Assembly (NCBI GenBank): GCA_043228905.1
Contig: JBHGNT010000008.1
Location: 2,170,001 to 2,234,000, forward strand
Direction of reading: 5' to 3'
DNA: 64,000 bases
Origin: Azolla caroliniana
Lineage: Eukaryota > Plantae > Polypodiophyta
Below, piece after piece: positions 27,179-39,293 of this stretch. Position 1 is the first letter of the stretch; every line of letters begins with the position of its first letter. The position numbers and the translations under genes were made by a program. Under the pieces are notes generated by a model. That model was not told the DNA's origin. It was given only the letters and a program-made list of their open reading frames with translations, and made no database searches.

Positions 27179-27532
27179 CTAGCCATTATTTGTTAGGGCA
27201 GTCTATAAACATTTATTATTTAGTCCATCAATATTTGGTTAGTTGTTTTTGTAGCTTGCAAGTTGGGCATAGTATGAACTATCTTATCTTGGTTAGTTGT
27301 TTTTGTAGCTTGCAAGTTGGGCATAGTATGAACTATCTTATCGACATCCCCATCATATTTTTGGAGCTCATACGGAAATATTTATCATTCTACATTGATT
27401 TATTATGCATGTTGTCCCTAATACGTATGAATATGAAATGAACCCCACCCACATCATATGTTTGGAGCTCATGAGAAATATTTATCATTCTACATTGAAT
27501 TATTATACATGTTGTCCTCAATACATTTGAAA

Positions 27533-27604
27533 TGAACGCCATGTGAATCGAACACGCAACCCTTTGATATGGAGTCAAACGCACTACCATTGCACCATGG
27601 ATCC
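27533..27604 (-). pseudogene. tRNA-Trp pseudogene
   Basis: Full 72 nt with CCA anticodon but several substitutions in the acceptor stem, D arm and anticodon loop. Confidence 0.75.
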
Positions 27605-27943
27605 TACATAGACGTCCCCATAGAAATTGCAGGACAAAACATGTGCATCAAAACGAGAACATGACCGAAATACATATGAAATGAACCCAATATTGTGCCA
27701 AGGGTCCTACGGGAAAGCCCTCCTCATGTTGGAATAACATACTGTCACCATAGAAATTAGGGGACAAAACATGTGCATCAAAACGGGAACATGACCGAAA
27801 TATGTATGAAATGAACCCAATATTGTGCCAAGGATCCTACACGAAAGCCCTCTTTATGCCGGAATAACATGTTGTCATCTTAGAAAATGGGGGGACGAAT
27901 CATGTGCATCAAAACGAGGCACGTGACCGTAATACGTATGAAA

Positions 27944-28015
27944 TGAACCCGACGTGAATCGAACACGCAACCTTTTGATCTGGAGTCAAACGCGCTACCA
28001 TTGCGCCACGGATCC
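27944..28015 (-). tRNA. tRNA-Trp(CCA), intact cloverleaf
   Basis: GGATCCGTGGCGCAATGGTAGCGCGTTTGACTCCAGATCAAAAGGTTGCGTGTTCGATTCACGTCGGGTTCA; matches the plant cytosolic tRNA-Trp as I recall it, apart from a compensated U28-A42 pair. A and B boxes intact. Confidence 0.93.
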
Positions 28016-28119
28016 TACACAAAAGCCCTTCTCATGCCGAAATGACACGTCATCAGCCTAAAAATTGGGGGACAAATCATGCGCATGAAATTCGGCACGT
28101 GACCGTAATACGTATGAAA

Positions 28120-28191
28120 TGAACCCGACGTGAATCGAACACGCAACCTTTTGATCTGGAGTCAAACGCGCTACCATTGCGCCACAGATCC
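28120..28191 (-). tRNA. tRNA-Trp(CCA), one C-to-T change in the acceptor stem
   Basis: Identical to 27944-28015 except C6T, which gives a G-U pair. Confidence 0.85.
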
Positions 28192-28292
28192 TACACAAAA
28201 ACCCTTATGCTGAAATGACATGTCATCAACTTAAAAATTGGGGGACAAATCATGTGCAATAAATTCAGCACATGATTGTAATATGTATGAAA

Positions 28293-28364
28293 TGAACCCG
28301 ACGTGGATCGAACACACAACCTTTTGATCTGGAGTCAAACGCGCTACCATTGCACCACGGATCC
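28293..28364 (-). tRNA. tRNA-Trp(CCA), near intact
   Basis: Three changes versus 27944-28015: two create G-U pairs in the D and T stems, one is in the T loop. Confidence 0.7.
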
Positions 28365-28430
28365 TACACAATAGTCTTCCTCATGCTGCAATAACATATC
28401 CTCATCTTAATAATTGGGGGACAAAACATT

Positions 28431-28501
28431 TGAACTCGACGTGAATGAACAAGCAACCTTTTGATCTTGAATCAAACGCACTACCATTGCACCACTGATC
28501 C
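28431..28501 (-). pseudogene. tRNA-Trp-derived pseudogene with anticodon mutated to CAA
   Basis: Anticodon loop reads TTCAAGA; the T loop (B box) has lost a base; acceptor stem mismatches. Confidence 0.7.
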
Positions 28502-28919
28502 TACAAAAAACTTGACCTCATACTAGAATAACATACCATCACCTTAGAAATTGGGGCACGAAACATGTGCATCAAAACGGGGACATGACCGAAATACTTA
28601 TGAACCCAACGCTAACATTGTGCCAAGGATCCTACACAAAATGGAGCACAAGACATGAATCGAACATGCACCCTTTTGATCTGGAGTACACAAAACCTCT
28701 CCTCATGCTTTATTAACCACATAGGCATCTTCAACCTAGGGGGGCGCAAGTTATACATAAAAAATGGGGACTTTTGATTTGGAGTCAAACATGCTACCAT
28801 TGTGCCATAGATCCTACACAAATGTTCTCCTCATGCCCAATAATGACGTTGTTATGTTAGGACTAGGGGGACACAAGATGTGCATGAAAACGGGGCACAT
28901 AACTCTAATATGTATGAAA

Positions 28920-28991
28920 TGAACCCGAGGTGAATCGAACACACAACCTTTTGATCTGGAGTCAAAAGTGCTACTAGTGAGCGACGAATCC
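28920..28991 (-). pseudogene. tRNA-Trp pseudogene
   Basis: Anticodon arm retained and T arm largely retained; D arm and A box heavily mutated. Confidence 0.7.
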
Positions 28992-29129
28992 TACACGAAA
29001 GCTCGAGGACGTCATCTTAGAACTACGGGGATGTAAGAGGTGCATCAAAATGGGGTGAATCACCCTAATATGTATGAAATACGCCATGAATCCCACACAA
29101 AAACTCTTTTCATGCTTGACAAGGAGGTT

Positions 29130-30592
29130 TTTTTTTGTTTTTTGGTAGGATGCAAAGGATTTAGTAGTTTGTAGAAGAGGGGAGAGGGGAAGATAAAGAA
29201 GAACAAGGAGAATTTCTGACGAAGTATGTTTGTCTATAACCCTCATGATTACTACTGTATGGTTTGGGTTGTTAGCTGGTTTGTCAATAGAAATAAACTG
29301 TTTTTATCTAGATGCCTTAGTTTTTCCCTTCTTGTGACCCATTAGGTGGCAAATAGAATATTTACTGAATTTTTTTATGGTCCATAAAATTACCCATTCA
29401 ATTATTTTGTTGAGGTTGTGGCATCAGATGTGTGGATGTCCCCCAATATTTCGGTATTAGAGTAGTTGCAAGATCAGGAAAAAAATGGTTTTCGGATCCA
29501 TCCTTTCAAGAATGTTTTTTGTATTGCTCATTGTTGGTTTTTCAAAACAATCCTCTTCATAATTTGGATTGGGATCCGGATGATTATCAATGGAAACAGC
29601 CGAGTGTTGGTGGAAATGGTAACATTTTGAGTCTTTCCATTATTCGATTAAGCTAGGTAGAAATTTGTTGTTGCAATCAAAGTATAAGTGCCTTGCTGCG
29701 ATGAAGCACTAGACTAAGAATAATGTGCATGAATTGCAACTTGCAAAATTTTGGAAATGGTTGTGGAGTATATAGTTGCCAAAAAAAGTTATTTGCTTTC
29801 GTTGGTTGTTGATTCATTGTGCTCTTCTTGTTGGTGATTGGTTGAGGCAACATCAACAATATGCTTGGGGAATGCATTGTGGTGCAAGTACCGAATCTAT
29901 TTGCATATGTTTTAATTATGTCCTAGGATCAGGCAATTTTGGAGTAAGTTGTTTTTATTGCTGAGACAACATTATTCTCGTTCAATTTTCTCTTGGGTTG
30001 TAGTATAATGGGGTGTCCTCCATGGAGATGTTATGAGGTATGAAAGTACACATACTTCTCATGTCTTTCACTTTTCCTATGGACACCTCTTGCTCACCTC
30101 ATTTCCTTCCTCTATTCTACGGTTTATAATTAAAAATCTGGTTATTTGGTGTATTATTACACCGTTGGCTCTTTGGATAATATGGATAGTGAGATGTGAT
30201 TCTGTTTTTAACAATGTTCACATACATCTCCGTGCGATGCTTATTGAATTCTAGATGTTATTTGTCCACACACTACTTGGTCAATATGATGATTTGCAAG
30301 GTTCAGGTGATGTTTTGTGGCAACGGCAAGTGGCCTTTAAGAACCGATGGCAAGGTCTTCACTTATTTTCGGATACAACTGTTGTTTTGAGGTGAAATTA
30401 TGTCATACCTTCTTTTATGCTGCATAGGTGATAGTATTGTTCTACTTGTTTCATATATGACATCATTTGTTTGATTGAATGCTCATACTAACCTTTGTAT
30501 CACAATAGAAGTGATATGAAATGTCTCTTGTTTTCTCTATGTACAATGTTCAAGTAATATACTAAGGTGCATCTTTCTTTTATAAAAAAAAA
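29130..30592 (+). mobile_element. 5'-truncated L1-type LINE 3' end inserted in the tRNA array
   Basis: zf-RVT-like FWKWLWSI.LPKKVICFRWLL..ALLVG, then LALWIIWIVRCDSVFN. An A-rich tail at ~30583-30592 abuts resumed array spacer sequence. The left boundary is approximate. Confidence 0.72.
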
Positions 30593-30935
30593 GTGCATCA
30601 AAACAAGGCACATGAACATAATATGTAGGAAATGAACCCTACGTGAATCGAACACGCAACCTTTTGATCTGGAGGCACATGACCCTAATATGTATGAAAT
30701 GAACTTGACGTGAATCGAACACACAACCTTTTGATATGGCAACACAATCCTATGTAAAAGTTTTCCTCAGGCCAAAAGACCTAGAGGGATGCAAGTTGTG
30801 CAATATAATGGGGCACATGACCCTAATATTTTGAAATGAATGTGACGTGAATCAAACACGCAACCTTTTGACCTAACACCAAACGGGCTACCATTGTGCT
30901 ACATATCCCACATAAAAGTTTTTCTAATGGCACAA

Positions 30936-31236
30936 TGTTAAAGTCTAACTAATTAATTAAGCAAAACAAAGGGTGTATAGACTAAAGAAAGGAAAGAGGG
31001 GTGTCAAACCATCCGACCACCCCCTAGCAATGACATGAGATGGAGTCGTACCTACTCGATGTCCCATACAATGGAGGGTTGATGCGAGCCATACCTTGAG
31101 TGTTGTGAGGATTACACGTGCTTCACTAACAAGAGCCATACCCATGATGTCATAGTCTCAACATAAGTCAAACCTCTCTTTATAAGAAGGTATCTAACCT
31201 CCTTAGGTAGCAACCCTAGGCCCTAGTGTGTTCACA
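30936..31236 (-). mobile_element. Putative solo LTR, related to 26824-27178, opposite orientation
   Basis: TG..CA ends; the reverse complement shares blocks such as accttctta, tatgggacat, tagggg.tggtc and cctcttt.c.ttcttt.gtctat with 26824-27178. Confidence 0.55.
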
Positions 31237-31402
31237 CTTGTCTGCTTTGGTTTAGAGTCATACATGCTACCATTTTGGCACAAATCCTAGATAAGCCTTT
31301 TTTTAAAAGTAAAACACCATTATCTTATAATTACTCGAGGGATGCAACATATGCACTAAAATGTGACATATGGTATCAGCCCTAAATGTACGTATTTTGA
31401 AA

Positions 31403-31473
31403 TGAACCGACGTGAATCAAAGACACATATTGTTGATCTGGAGTTAGATGTGTTACCATTGCACCATGGATCC
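31403..31473 (-). pseudogene. Highly decayed tRNA-Trp copy, last unit of the array
   Basis: tgaacc..gacgtgaatc..ttgatctggag..taccattgcaccatggatcc. Confidence 0.65.
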
Positions 31474-32716
31474 TACAAAGCTAAAGGCACCATTATCTCA
31501 GCATTAGGGAGAAGCATCATGTGCACTAAAAGAGAGGCACATACTAATAATCCTAAGAGCATTATGAATGTAAGTATATTCATCTTGCAACCCACATTAT
31601 TTGAAAATCTCATGTGGACAAATCTGTTGGACTTGAAAATTCTCATGTCTTATGTATTTTGATTTTCTAATTTTGTGTTTGGGAAATCACTTATTGGGAT
31701 TGTTGACCATCCATCGAATTTGCAATGACTAAAAGACTGTCGATTAATCTGGATAGGTGATATCTAAGCATGGTTTATGACACTTTAGGAAGAAAAATGT
31801 TTCCCTATTGAGGTAGGTTAACAAGGAAATAATTAAAAGTACATAGTGACCCAATAAATATATCTATATAAACCATACATTGCAATTACGGAGAGCATAT
31901 GATGTCCAATATGTCATGGGCATTATATGGGTCACGAATGCCCATGCTTAACCCAACGACAACCACAATATTATAAGTTTTTGAAGGCCTTTCTAATGAA
32001 CGATTGAGACAACTATTGGAGAGCATTGAACCAATTTGGACAAAGAACCTTTGTGGAGCACTCTAAGTTATTGCCTAGGGTCACTAAACCATGTCCCCCA
32101 ACAACATTACCTCCATAACCCTTGCTTCCTTACATAGGAATGTGGTTCGCCAAACCAAAACTTGACTAGAGGTTCAAGACTTAAGACACGTATGTATATT
32201 GTGACCAGAATGACTCACAAGTTGATTATAGTTGAGATCAAGACAAAAAGGTTTTTCAGCCATTACCATGAGGTAGATAGTGACCTTCTCCACATGTACT
32301 TATGATGAAGTGAGCTCAACAAAGCAAAGTCAAAGCTAAGAGGACCGTGCGACAATGACAAGAATGGTATGTTTTGATTGTTAATGTTGCCTACTTGTTG
32401 ATTGAATGCTTGATGAAACATGACTATTATAACCACAAAGTTGACAAACAATGTTACAACTAGATAAATACGTCACTATTAACTATATCAACCAAGTCCT
32501 TATACCTACAAGTCCAAGACTTGATAACATGATTTAAAAACAAACTACATGTGAGGATTATGGTTAAGAACATCTAGCCCTTGATTGTGATAATATGTAG
32601 GAGTAAACGCAGTGACCTATGATCAATGCATAATGCAAAACCTAGAATGATGGGAGTAAGGGACTCATACTTTAACAAAAAGAATAAATTCATCATATTG
32701 TATTTCTAAATGTGTT

Positions 32717-32830
32717 GCTTTGAATGTGCCCTACTAACTGGCACACCTCATGTAGCTTTGAATGTGCCCTACTAACTGGCACACCTCATGTAGCTTTGAA
32801 TGTGCCCTACTAACTGGCACACCTCATGTA
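32717..32830. repeat. Perfect 38-bp tandem repeat x3
   Basis: gctttgaatgtgccctactaactggcacacctcatgta at 32717, 32755 and 32793. Confidence 0.92.
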
Positions 32831-33644
32831 GTAGTAGGCATATTAAAATTAGGATGTTATGTAGAATTCATAATGGGTGCACTTGTAAGAAGATTAAGTG
32901 AGGTTTAAATATAGGAATTGGTATTGGCATTGAACTTAGTTTCATTTCTCTTCCATTGTGGTACATTGTTTACTTTTAAAAAAATGAAGAAATGCTTTCT
33001 AAGCAAGCTGAAAGGCAAGGGGGGCAAGTATGTGATTTCAAGTGCATTAGTTACCTCAACATTAGCCTTAAATTTGTCTAAACAAATAGGACATTCAATT
33101 TGGTTCCCTCTTATTGCCGTATGGTCACTTTAATTTTAAATGAAAGAACGTTGGTATATATAACGCTTTCTTACACATGCTTGGGAGAATTCCATGTATA
33201 TCATTATTACGACTAGTATTTGTAGGTAAATTACAAGCAATCACCACATTTATGGTCTTCGATGAGGAATTGCATATGTTGAAACAAGGGTCTTCTTAAT
33301 AATGGATGTCTAGTCTAGGAAAGAAAAACAACAAGATGCAGATATTGATATTGATATTTAATATTACACATCTATATTAATTAGACACTACATAAAGTTT
33401 AGTTGATTGCTTATCTAGAAGTGCTTCATGTGGATATTGATGACGCAATCTCATGTTTAACTCACCCAATAAAGGAGTGTATAAAGGAAGGTGACTAAGA
33501 GCATTGTTAGAATTTCAATATACCAAGCATAGAACGTAATATTTGTGTTCATGCAAGCATAAAAACGTTTGGAAACGAACATGTTTGAAATGGGAAAAAT
33601 ACGTGCTCCTTTTTTTTCATTTATTTCATTTACTATCACTGCAA

Positions 33645-34140
33645 TTCAGCTCACCCTAGTGGTAAGTAGTCATCCTATTCCTGTCTATATCTTGGGTTGT
33701 TGTACTAAGCACAACCTAGTGGTAAGTTGTTGTGCTTAATACAATTACTTGTGTCTTGGGTTCAATTCCCAACTTTCTCATATCCTCTTGTTAGTGTTAT
33801 GGCAAAATTTTATGTTATTGTCATGTTCCTTTTTTTTCTTTTTCTTTCTTTCTTTGTTATTAGAAATTAGCTCACCTGAGTGGTAAGTTGTTATGCTACT
33901 AATGATTATGTCATGGCAAATTTTTATGTTAGTGTCATGTTCCTTTTTCTTTCTTTCTTTCTTTCTTTGTTATTAGAAATTAGGACACCCTAGTGGTAAG
34001 TTGTTATGCTACTACTGCCTATGTCATGTTTTCTTCATATTCTCGAATATACGTTTTATGAGTTTTTTATTGTTTCTTTTTTTCTTTGTTTGTTATTAGA
34101 AATTAGGTCACCCTAGTGGTAAGTTGTTATGCTACTATTG
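33645..34140 (+). repeat. Five dispersed-tandem copies of a cacc.tagtggtaagttgttatgctact motif, possibly a tRNA-SINE head
   Basis: A-box-like TAGTGGTAAG in each copy; one copy is followed by the B-box-like hairpin ttgggttcaattcccaa (~33756-33772). Confidence 0.55.
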
Positions 34141-35327
34141 CATAATGACATATTTTGATTCAATCTCTACAGGTTTTTTTTTTCAAAAGAACATATCCTT
34201 CCATTAGTTTTTAGAAAAGTCATAACAACAACATACAAAATATTTTTCCCAACTCATCTTTATAAGATGATGGTTTGAGGAAAGCAATCTATGTACTCCA
34301 AAGTAGAGAAAACTAGTCAACTAATCTGAAAGTTATTATGTAGACACATTCCAAGCTATTCTGTAGACACATTCCAAGCTACTTGCAGTCCCATATATCT
34401 TAAATAACTTGCATCTCCCAAGTCAAACTCAAATAGACCCATGAGGGGAGACTTCAATGCTACTACATCTGTAGCAGGAACCTTGTGGATCTTCCCTTTG
34501 TTAAAAACATAGCTCCCATCAACGGCTTTAAACATAGTTCATACTCATTTTTTTGTAAAGTTCTAAAGTGAGGATGATAGAGATTTCTTGATTCGCTCCC
34601 AAAAGTATGCATGTGATACAATGCAAATATTGCAACCATACTTATGTTGGTGGTTCACAATGGATTAGAGTCCACTTATTGGGATTGAGAGTGAATCAAT
34701 ATATAATATAGACCCTAGTCAATCCAATCCAACTTTGAGATGATTTACCATACACGTTTGATTGAATCATTCTCAAATGCGGATGCACGTATGATACGTA
34801 TCATTCATTCTATGATACCAAGTAGTATTATTCTCCTATACCATAACACCCTTGTGGATTGTCACGAAATGCAAAAGTGAGGTATTTCCTATGAAAACAT
34901 AGTGAGCAAGTCATGACTAATAAGTGATACTACCAAGAACCACGACCTTACTATTATGGTGGAATTTTCGAGCATCCATAGGTTCCACAACTTCACACAT
35001 AGATAGCCTAGTGTAATGATGGATTATCTTTACTTGTTTTTTCTTCCCTCATAACATATAGGGACAAAGGAAGCATAAGTGTTCACTATACAACATTAGG
35101 CATACACATTCATATGCATACATCTGTAAAACAACAATCTGTATATTTAGATAACTGTTCTAGGACAACTTATAAATGGTTGATGTGATCCCCTACTTGG
35201 TATAGACCAATAAGGGGGTGTTCTTTGATGGAACTATCGCGTCCCTTCAGGGATTTGTACATAATCGTCTCATTTGTAAAATTTTATAATTAATGGAAGG
35301 AGTTTTTTTTTGGAAAAAAAAAAGAAA

Positions 35328-36020
35328 AAAAGAAAAAGTTTATGTGAAATCACTTCTCCAAATAACCACAGAAGAAAAACTATATTTCCGTATTCAAATA
35401 AATATGGTCGAGCTTCCACGTCATTTGGTAATAGGTAACCACCAATAAGATCATCCAATAATAAATTTGCATTTCAATTTACATCATATTGATCCAAAGC
35501 AACTTTACAAATTTGTATGCATGTCTTAGATTCAAATCGATAGTGTTGGCTCTGTGCATGTTCATAAACCTAATAAGAAACACTTAATAAGTCTTATATA
35601 TAGCTATGTAGGTGTGACACCTTCACAATTATGGTGCTTCATTTCATGATTTCACGTAGAGTGATTGGAAGAAAAAGAAAAAGTTGATGTGAAATCACTT
35701 CTCCAAATAACCACAGGAGAAAAACTATATTTCCATATTCAAATAAATATGGTCGAGCTTCCATGTCATTTGGTAATAGGTAACCACCAATAAGATCATC
35801 CAATCATAAATTTGCATTTCAATTTACATCATATTGATCCAAAGCAACTTTACAAATTTGTATGCATGTCTTAGATTCAAATCGATAGTGTTGGCTCCGT
35901 GCATGTTCATAAACCTAATAAGAAACACTTAATAAGTATTATATATAGCTATGTAGGTGTGACACCTTCACAATTATGGTGCTTCATTTCATGATTTCAC
36001 GTAGAGTGATTGGAAGAAAA
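35328..36020. repeat. Near-identical 345-bp tandem duplication
   Basis: aaatcacttctccaaataacc at 35347 and 35692; the copies differ at only a few positions. Confidence 0.93.
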
Positions 36021-36929
36021 TCATATGAATATCCATCTTTTTTATAATCACCATCTCCAATAATCATCCCCTCGCAACAAGCTATAAGAAACTAACATAT
36101 CAATTATGTTGTAGAAATGCCTTGGATTCCTTCACATTGTTGAGAGAATAACATAACAAAGAAAAGTTTATCATATGGTAATCGACAAAACATACATCGT
36201 CTCCAGACGTCTCAAAACATGAAGTACACTTGTTTTATCTCGGAAATATCAAATATAATAGTATGAACACCTTTACTTCCATCATATAACACACTCAGGA
36301 AAGGCATCCGACAAGGAATAATAAAATTATAAACCAAATAATCGACGTTATATCTTGTGTCCATGTTCTAAATGATAACAATTAATGTAGACAAAATGAT
36401 GGAGATGATGGTACAATGACAAAACTCGTTAATTGGATCATAACATAATTTATTGCATAATGGGTGACATAATCAATCAAGATGAGTCTTATAAGCGCTA
36501 GGAAAACATTTATTTGAATGTACATGTATGATGTGTGTCAATGCCCAGGCATTAGCTACACACACTTATCCCATCAATAAGTCCAATTTGAAATATTTTC
36601 ATCCCCCACTAACCCATTCATGGTATGTTTGCAAACATTCAATTGCCTTGCAAATCATGTGAGACCCAACAAAAGTGGGTTATATCCCCCATTCAGTCGA
36701 AGTGATTTTGATCAATAAAACATACATTAGTTTTGGCTCGACAGTAAAGGAGAGAATCCAATATGCTATTCCATTGTGTGAATAGCTGGAATATGTACCC
36801 CACGGCGTCAATCCTACTTTTGATGTTTGTAAACTTGATATTGTGAGGACATATTATTCACTACTAGATTGTAACGTGTCACTTTACTAGCTAACTTTTT
36901 TGAATCCCCACACACTTTTTTTTAGTAAC

Positions 36930-37680
36930 ACTTTTATTACTAGTGGGAAACCTCAAAGTGAGGTGAAAACCCAAAAAGAATAGAGAGAAATATGCAAGTG
37001 TTGATTAGACACTAAAGAGCTTAGAAGTACTCAAAGTAAAGATTGTAAATTTGCAATGTGATGTCTCTAAGTTGCAAACAATCAAATAGAGATTGCCAAG
37101 GGATTGCTTATAGAAGCTAACTTCATGCAGTTGGTTTCGATCAAAGACCTTATTATTGTGGGCTGTCCAAATGGTCCAACGTCCCCAAAATCGTGTCCAT
37201 TGGAGAAAATAGGCATTGTTGGATAGGGGGCACAAAATTTGTCCAAATAGCCAAAAGTGTTTCCGAAACCTTCGGCCAAGAAATCTGTGATAAAGAGATG
37301 CACTTAGTCTTCGTACAAATATTGTAGTGAATGAGAAGTCCATAATAATTGTGGGACTGTTTCCAATCATCCCCCACATCTGGCACAATGTGGCGCGACG
37401 ATCGATCGTTTTTTAAGATTCGACCCAGTCGGGAGCACACCCAATAGGCATCTCCATAGGAATACTTGTTGCTTAAGTGGAAGACCAAAGCTCCACAAGC
37501 TTGTAAGCCTGTTTTTCCACCAAGACTGTGTTTTGTGTAGGTTCAATAATGCATTTGCATGTTTGTGAAACCACGGGACAGGTTGCAACAACACATACAC
37601 TGAATGTGTTATAACGTTATTCATTGGAATAACAATGTTCTCTTTTTGTAACATCTAGTCTTGATCTTGCGATCTCCATC
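36930..37680 (-). mobile_element. L1-type LINE 3' fragment (zf-RVT region)
   Basis: SLWSFGLPLKQQVFLWRCLLGVLPTGSNLKKR..HCARCG motif, broken by stops and frameshifts. Confidence 0.75.
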
Positions 37681-38490
37681 TAGAGGTGGCATTGGTACTC
37701 TAATATGAGGCATATCTACAAAGAACTCTACTTTTTTATCTCATTACTCTTTGAAATACAATGATCAAACCAAAATTGGAACTTGATGTTGATTATCAAT
37801 CTCATTCCAAAATCAAAGGAACAAATGTGAATATTACAAAGTGGTCATTTCAAATTCAATTCCTCCTCAAAAGTCATATACATATATCAAAAGACCATAA
37901 ATTTAGATGAACAAATTGAATATATGAATTTTAATTACTCTCCAAAGAGGGATACCGGAATATACAATGAAAAGTTTGCTCGATTATTGTGGAGAAAATC
38001 TTGCGAGATGGGAGACAATTTTACATGTTCGCATGACGCTTCAATAAGATGGTCTCACTTCCGGTCTAGTAAACAAAGAATAGAGTAACTAAAAAGAACT
38101 ATGCACAAGTAGTGACAATGTACATATGTACCTTGTGCAACATAAATGACCCAACAAGGATACATAACACTTAGCTTGGAGTTCACATTGTCGAAAAGTG
38201 AAACTAGAGTGATGAAGTTTTATTTAGAGAAGCTCAAAGCTCAGATACATGACACTTAGCTTGTAATTCACATTGGCGAAAAGCGAAACTAGAGTGATGA
38301 GGTTTTATTTAGAGAAGCTCCTTATCACACATGACCATTGCAAGTTGGTCGGTGTATTTCGCAAGCAATTTCGAACATTGAAAACCAACATCCATATGTG
38401 AGACACTGAGATATATTGATGTATATGAATGTGGTACGGGATAACTTGGGATGAGGAACAATGAAACATTGTGAATATTAGAGACCCACA

Positions 38491-39259
38491 TTAGTTAGAT
38501 CTTTCTGGTGGTTTGTAACTACTGGGATGTGATCTCACTGACCTCCTACTGGCTACACCACGAGGATCATTCCGGGCATCTTGTGTGGATGTGTATGCGA
38601 TCGGGATGGTCGACGGTAACCGGCCAGCATGCGAAAACTCTTCTTCTTCCTCCTCTTCTTCCTCGGTTTCTTCATCATCATCATAAGGCATATTATCTTG
38701 AAAAGTTTCGCTACTAGCAGAGGTTGATGATCTCCACTTAAGCTTACGCTCGCCAATGGTACCATGCGGTTTCGGTTTCACACTTATCGCATCCCCACCC
38801 ACCTTGCGCGCAATTTGATCCTCGTGGTACGGAACATTTTGCTTTTTGATTTCCTGGCCGGGGTACACCAAGTTCTGGTTTCTCATTCCATGTGAGCTAG
38901 AATTAGAATCATAGGCAGCCCCAGCATTATTATACCTTGGTTTCCTCGAGGTAGTAGCAATGGAGAGGGGTTCACGGCCGGCATTATTATATAAGTGGCC
39001 CCACTCTTCTTCTTCGTTTTGTTCGGTGTCATAATAATCTGTGGTTGAGGGCCGGGGCTTGGTAGTAACAAATTCCGGCCGGGTTCGTTGTACAGCTGGC
39101 ATCATATGATTGGTGGGCCGCTGACCGCCTCTTTTCTCATTAACAGAGCCTCCATGATACTGTAGTGTGCTAACATTATTGTCAATATCATCATTCCCAT
39201 TGCTCATCATTTTCTTGGCATTTCTAGTAGTGGCCCTTAGATAGATTGCTTCTTCTTCT

Positions 39260-39293
<34 letters not shown>

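Larger units (their letters stand above)
27430..31480 (-). repeat. Tandem array of tRNA-Trp-containing units (~172-176 bp), interrupted by a LINE and a solo LTR
   Basis: Repeated unit = tRNA-Trp plus spacer (…ggggacaaa.catgtgcatcaaaacg…atgaaa). Includes full, internally deleted and partial copies; about 15 recognisable units. Confidence 0.9.

Noticed and set aside
28016-28065. CTGATGA followed by a hairpin on the minus strand of one tRNA-array spacer, resembling a second hammerhead
   Set aside because: No GAAA after the stem (AGAAG), no stem I partner, and CTGATGA is not conserved in the other units.
32717-32830. 38-bp repeats with an internal hairpin (tgtgcc/ggcaca), CRISPR-like in size
   Set aside because: The units abut with no spacers, there are no cas genes, and the context is eukaryotic.
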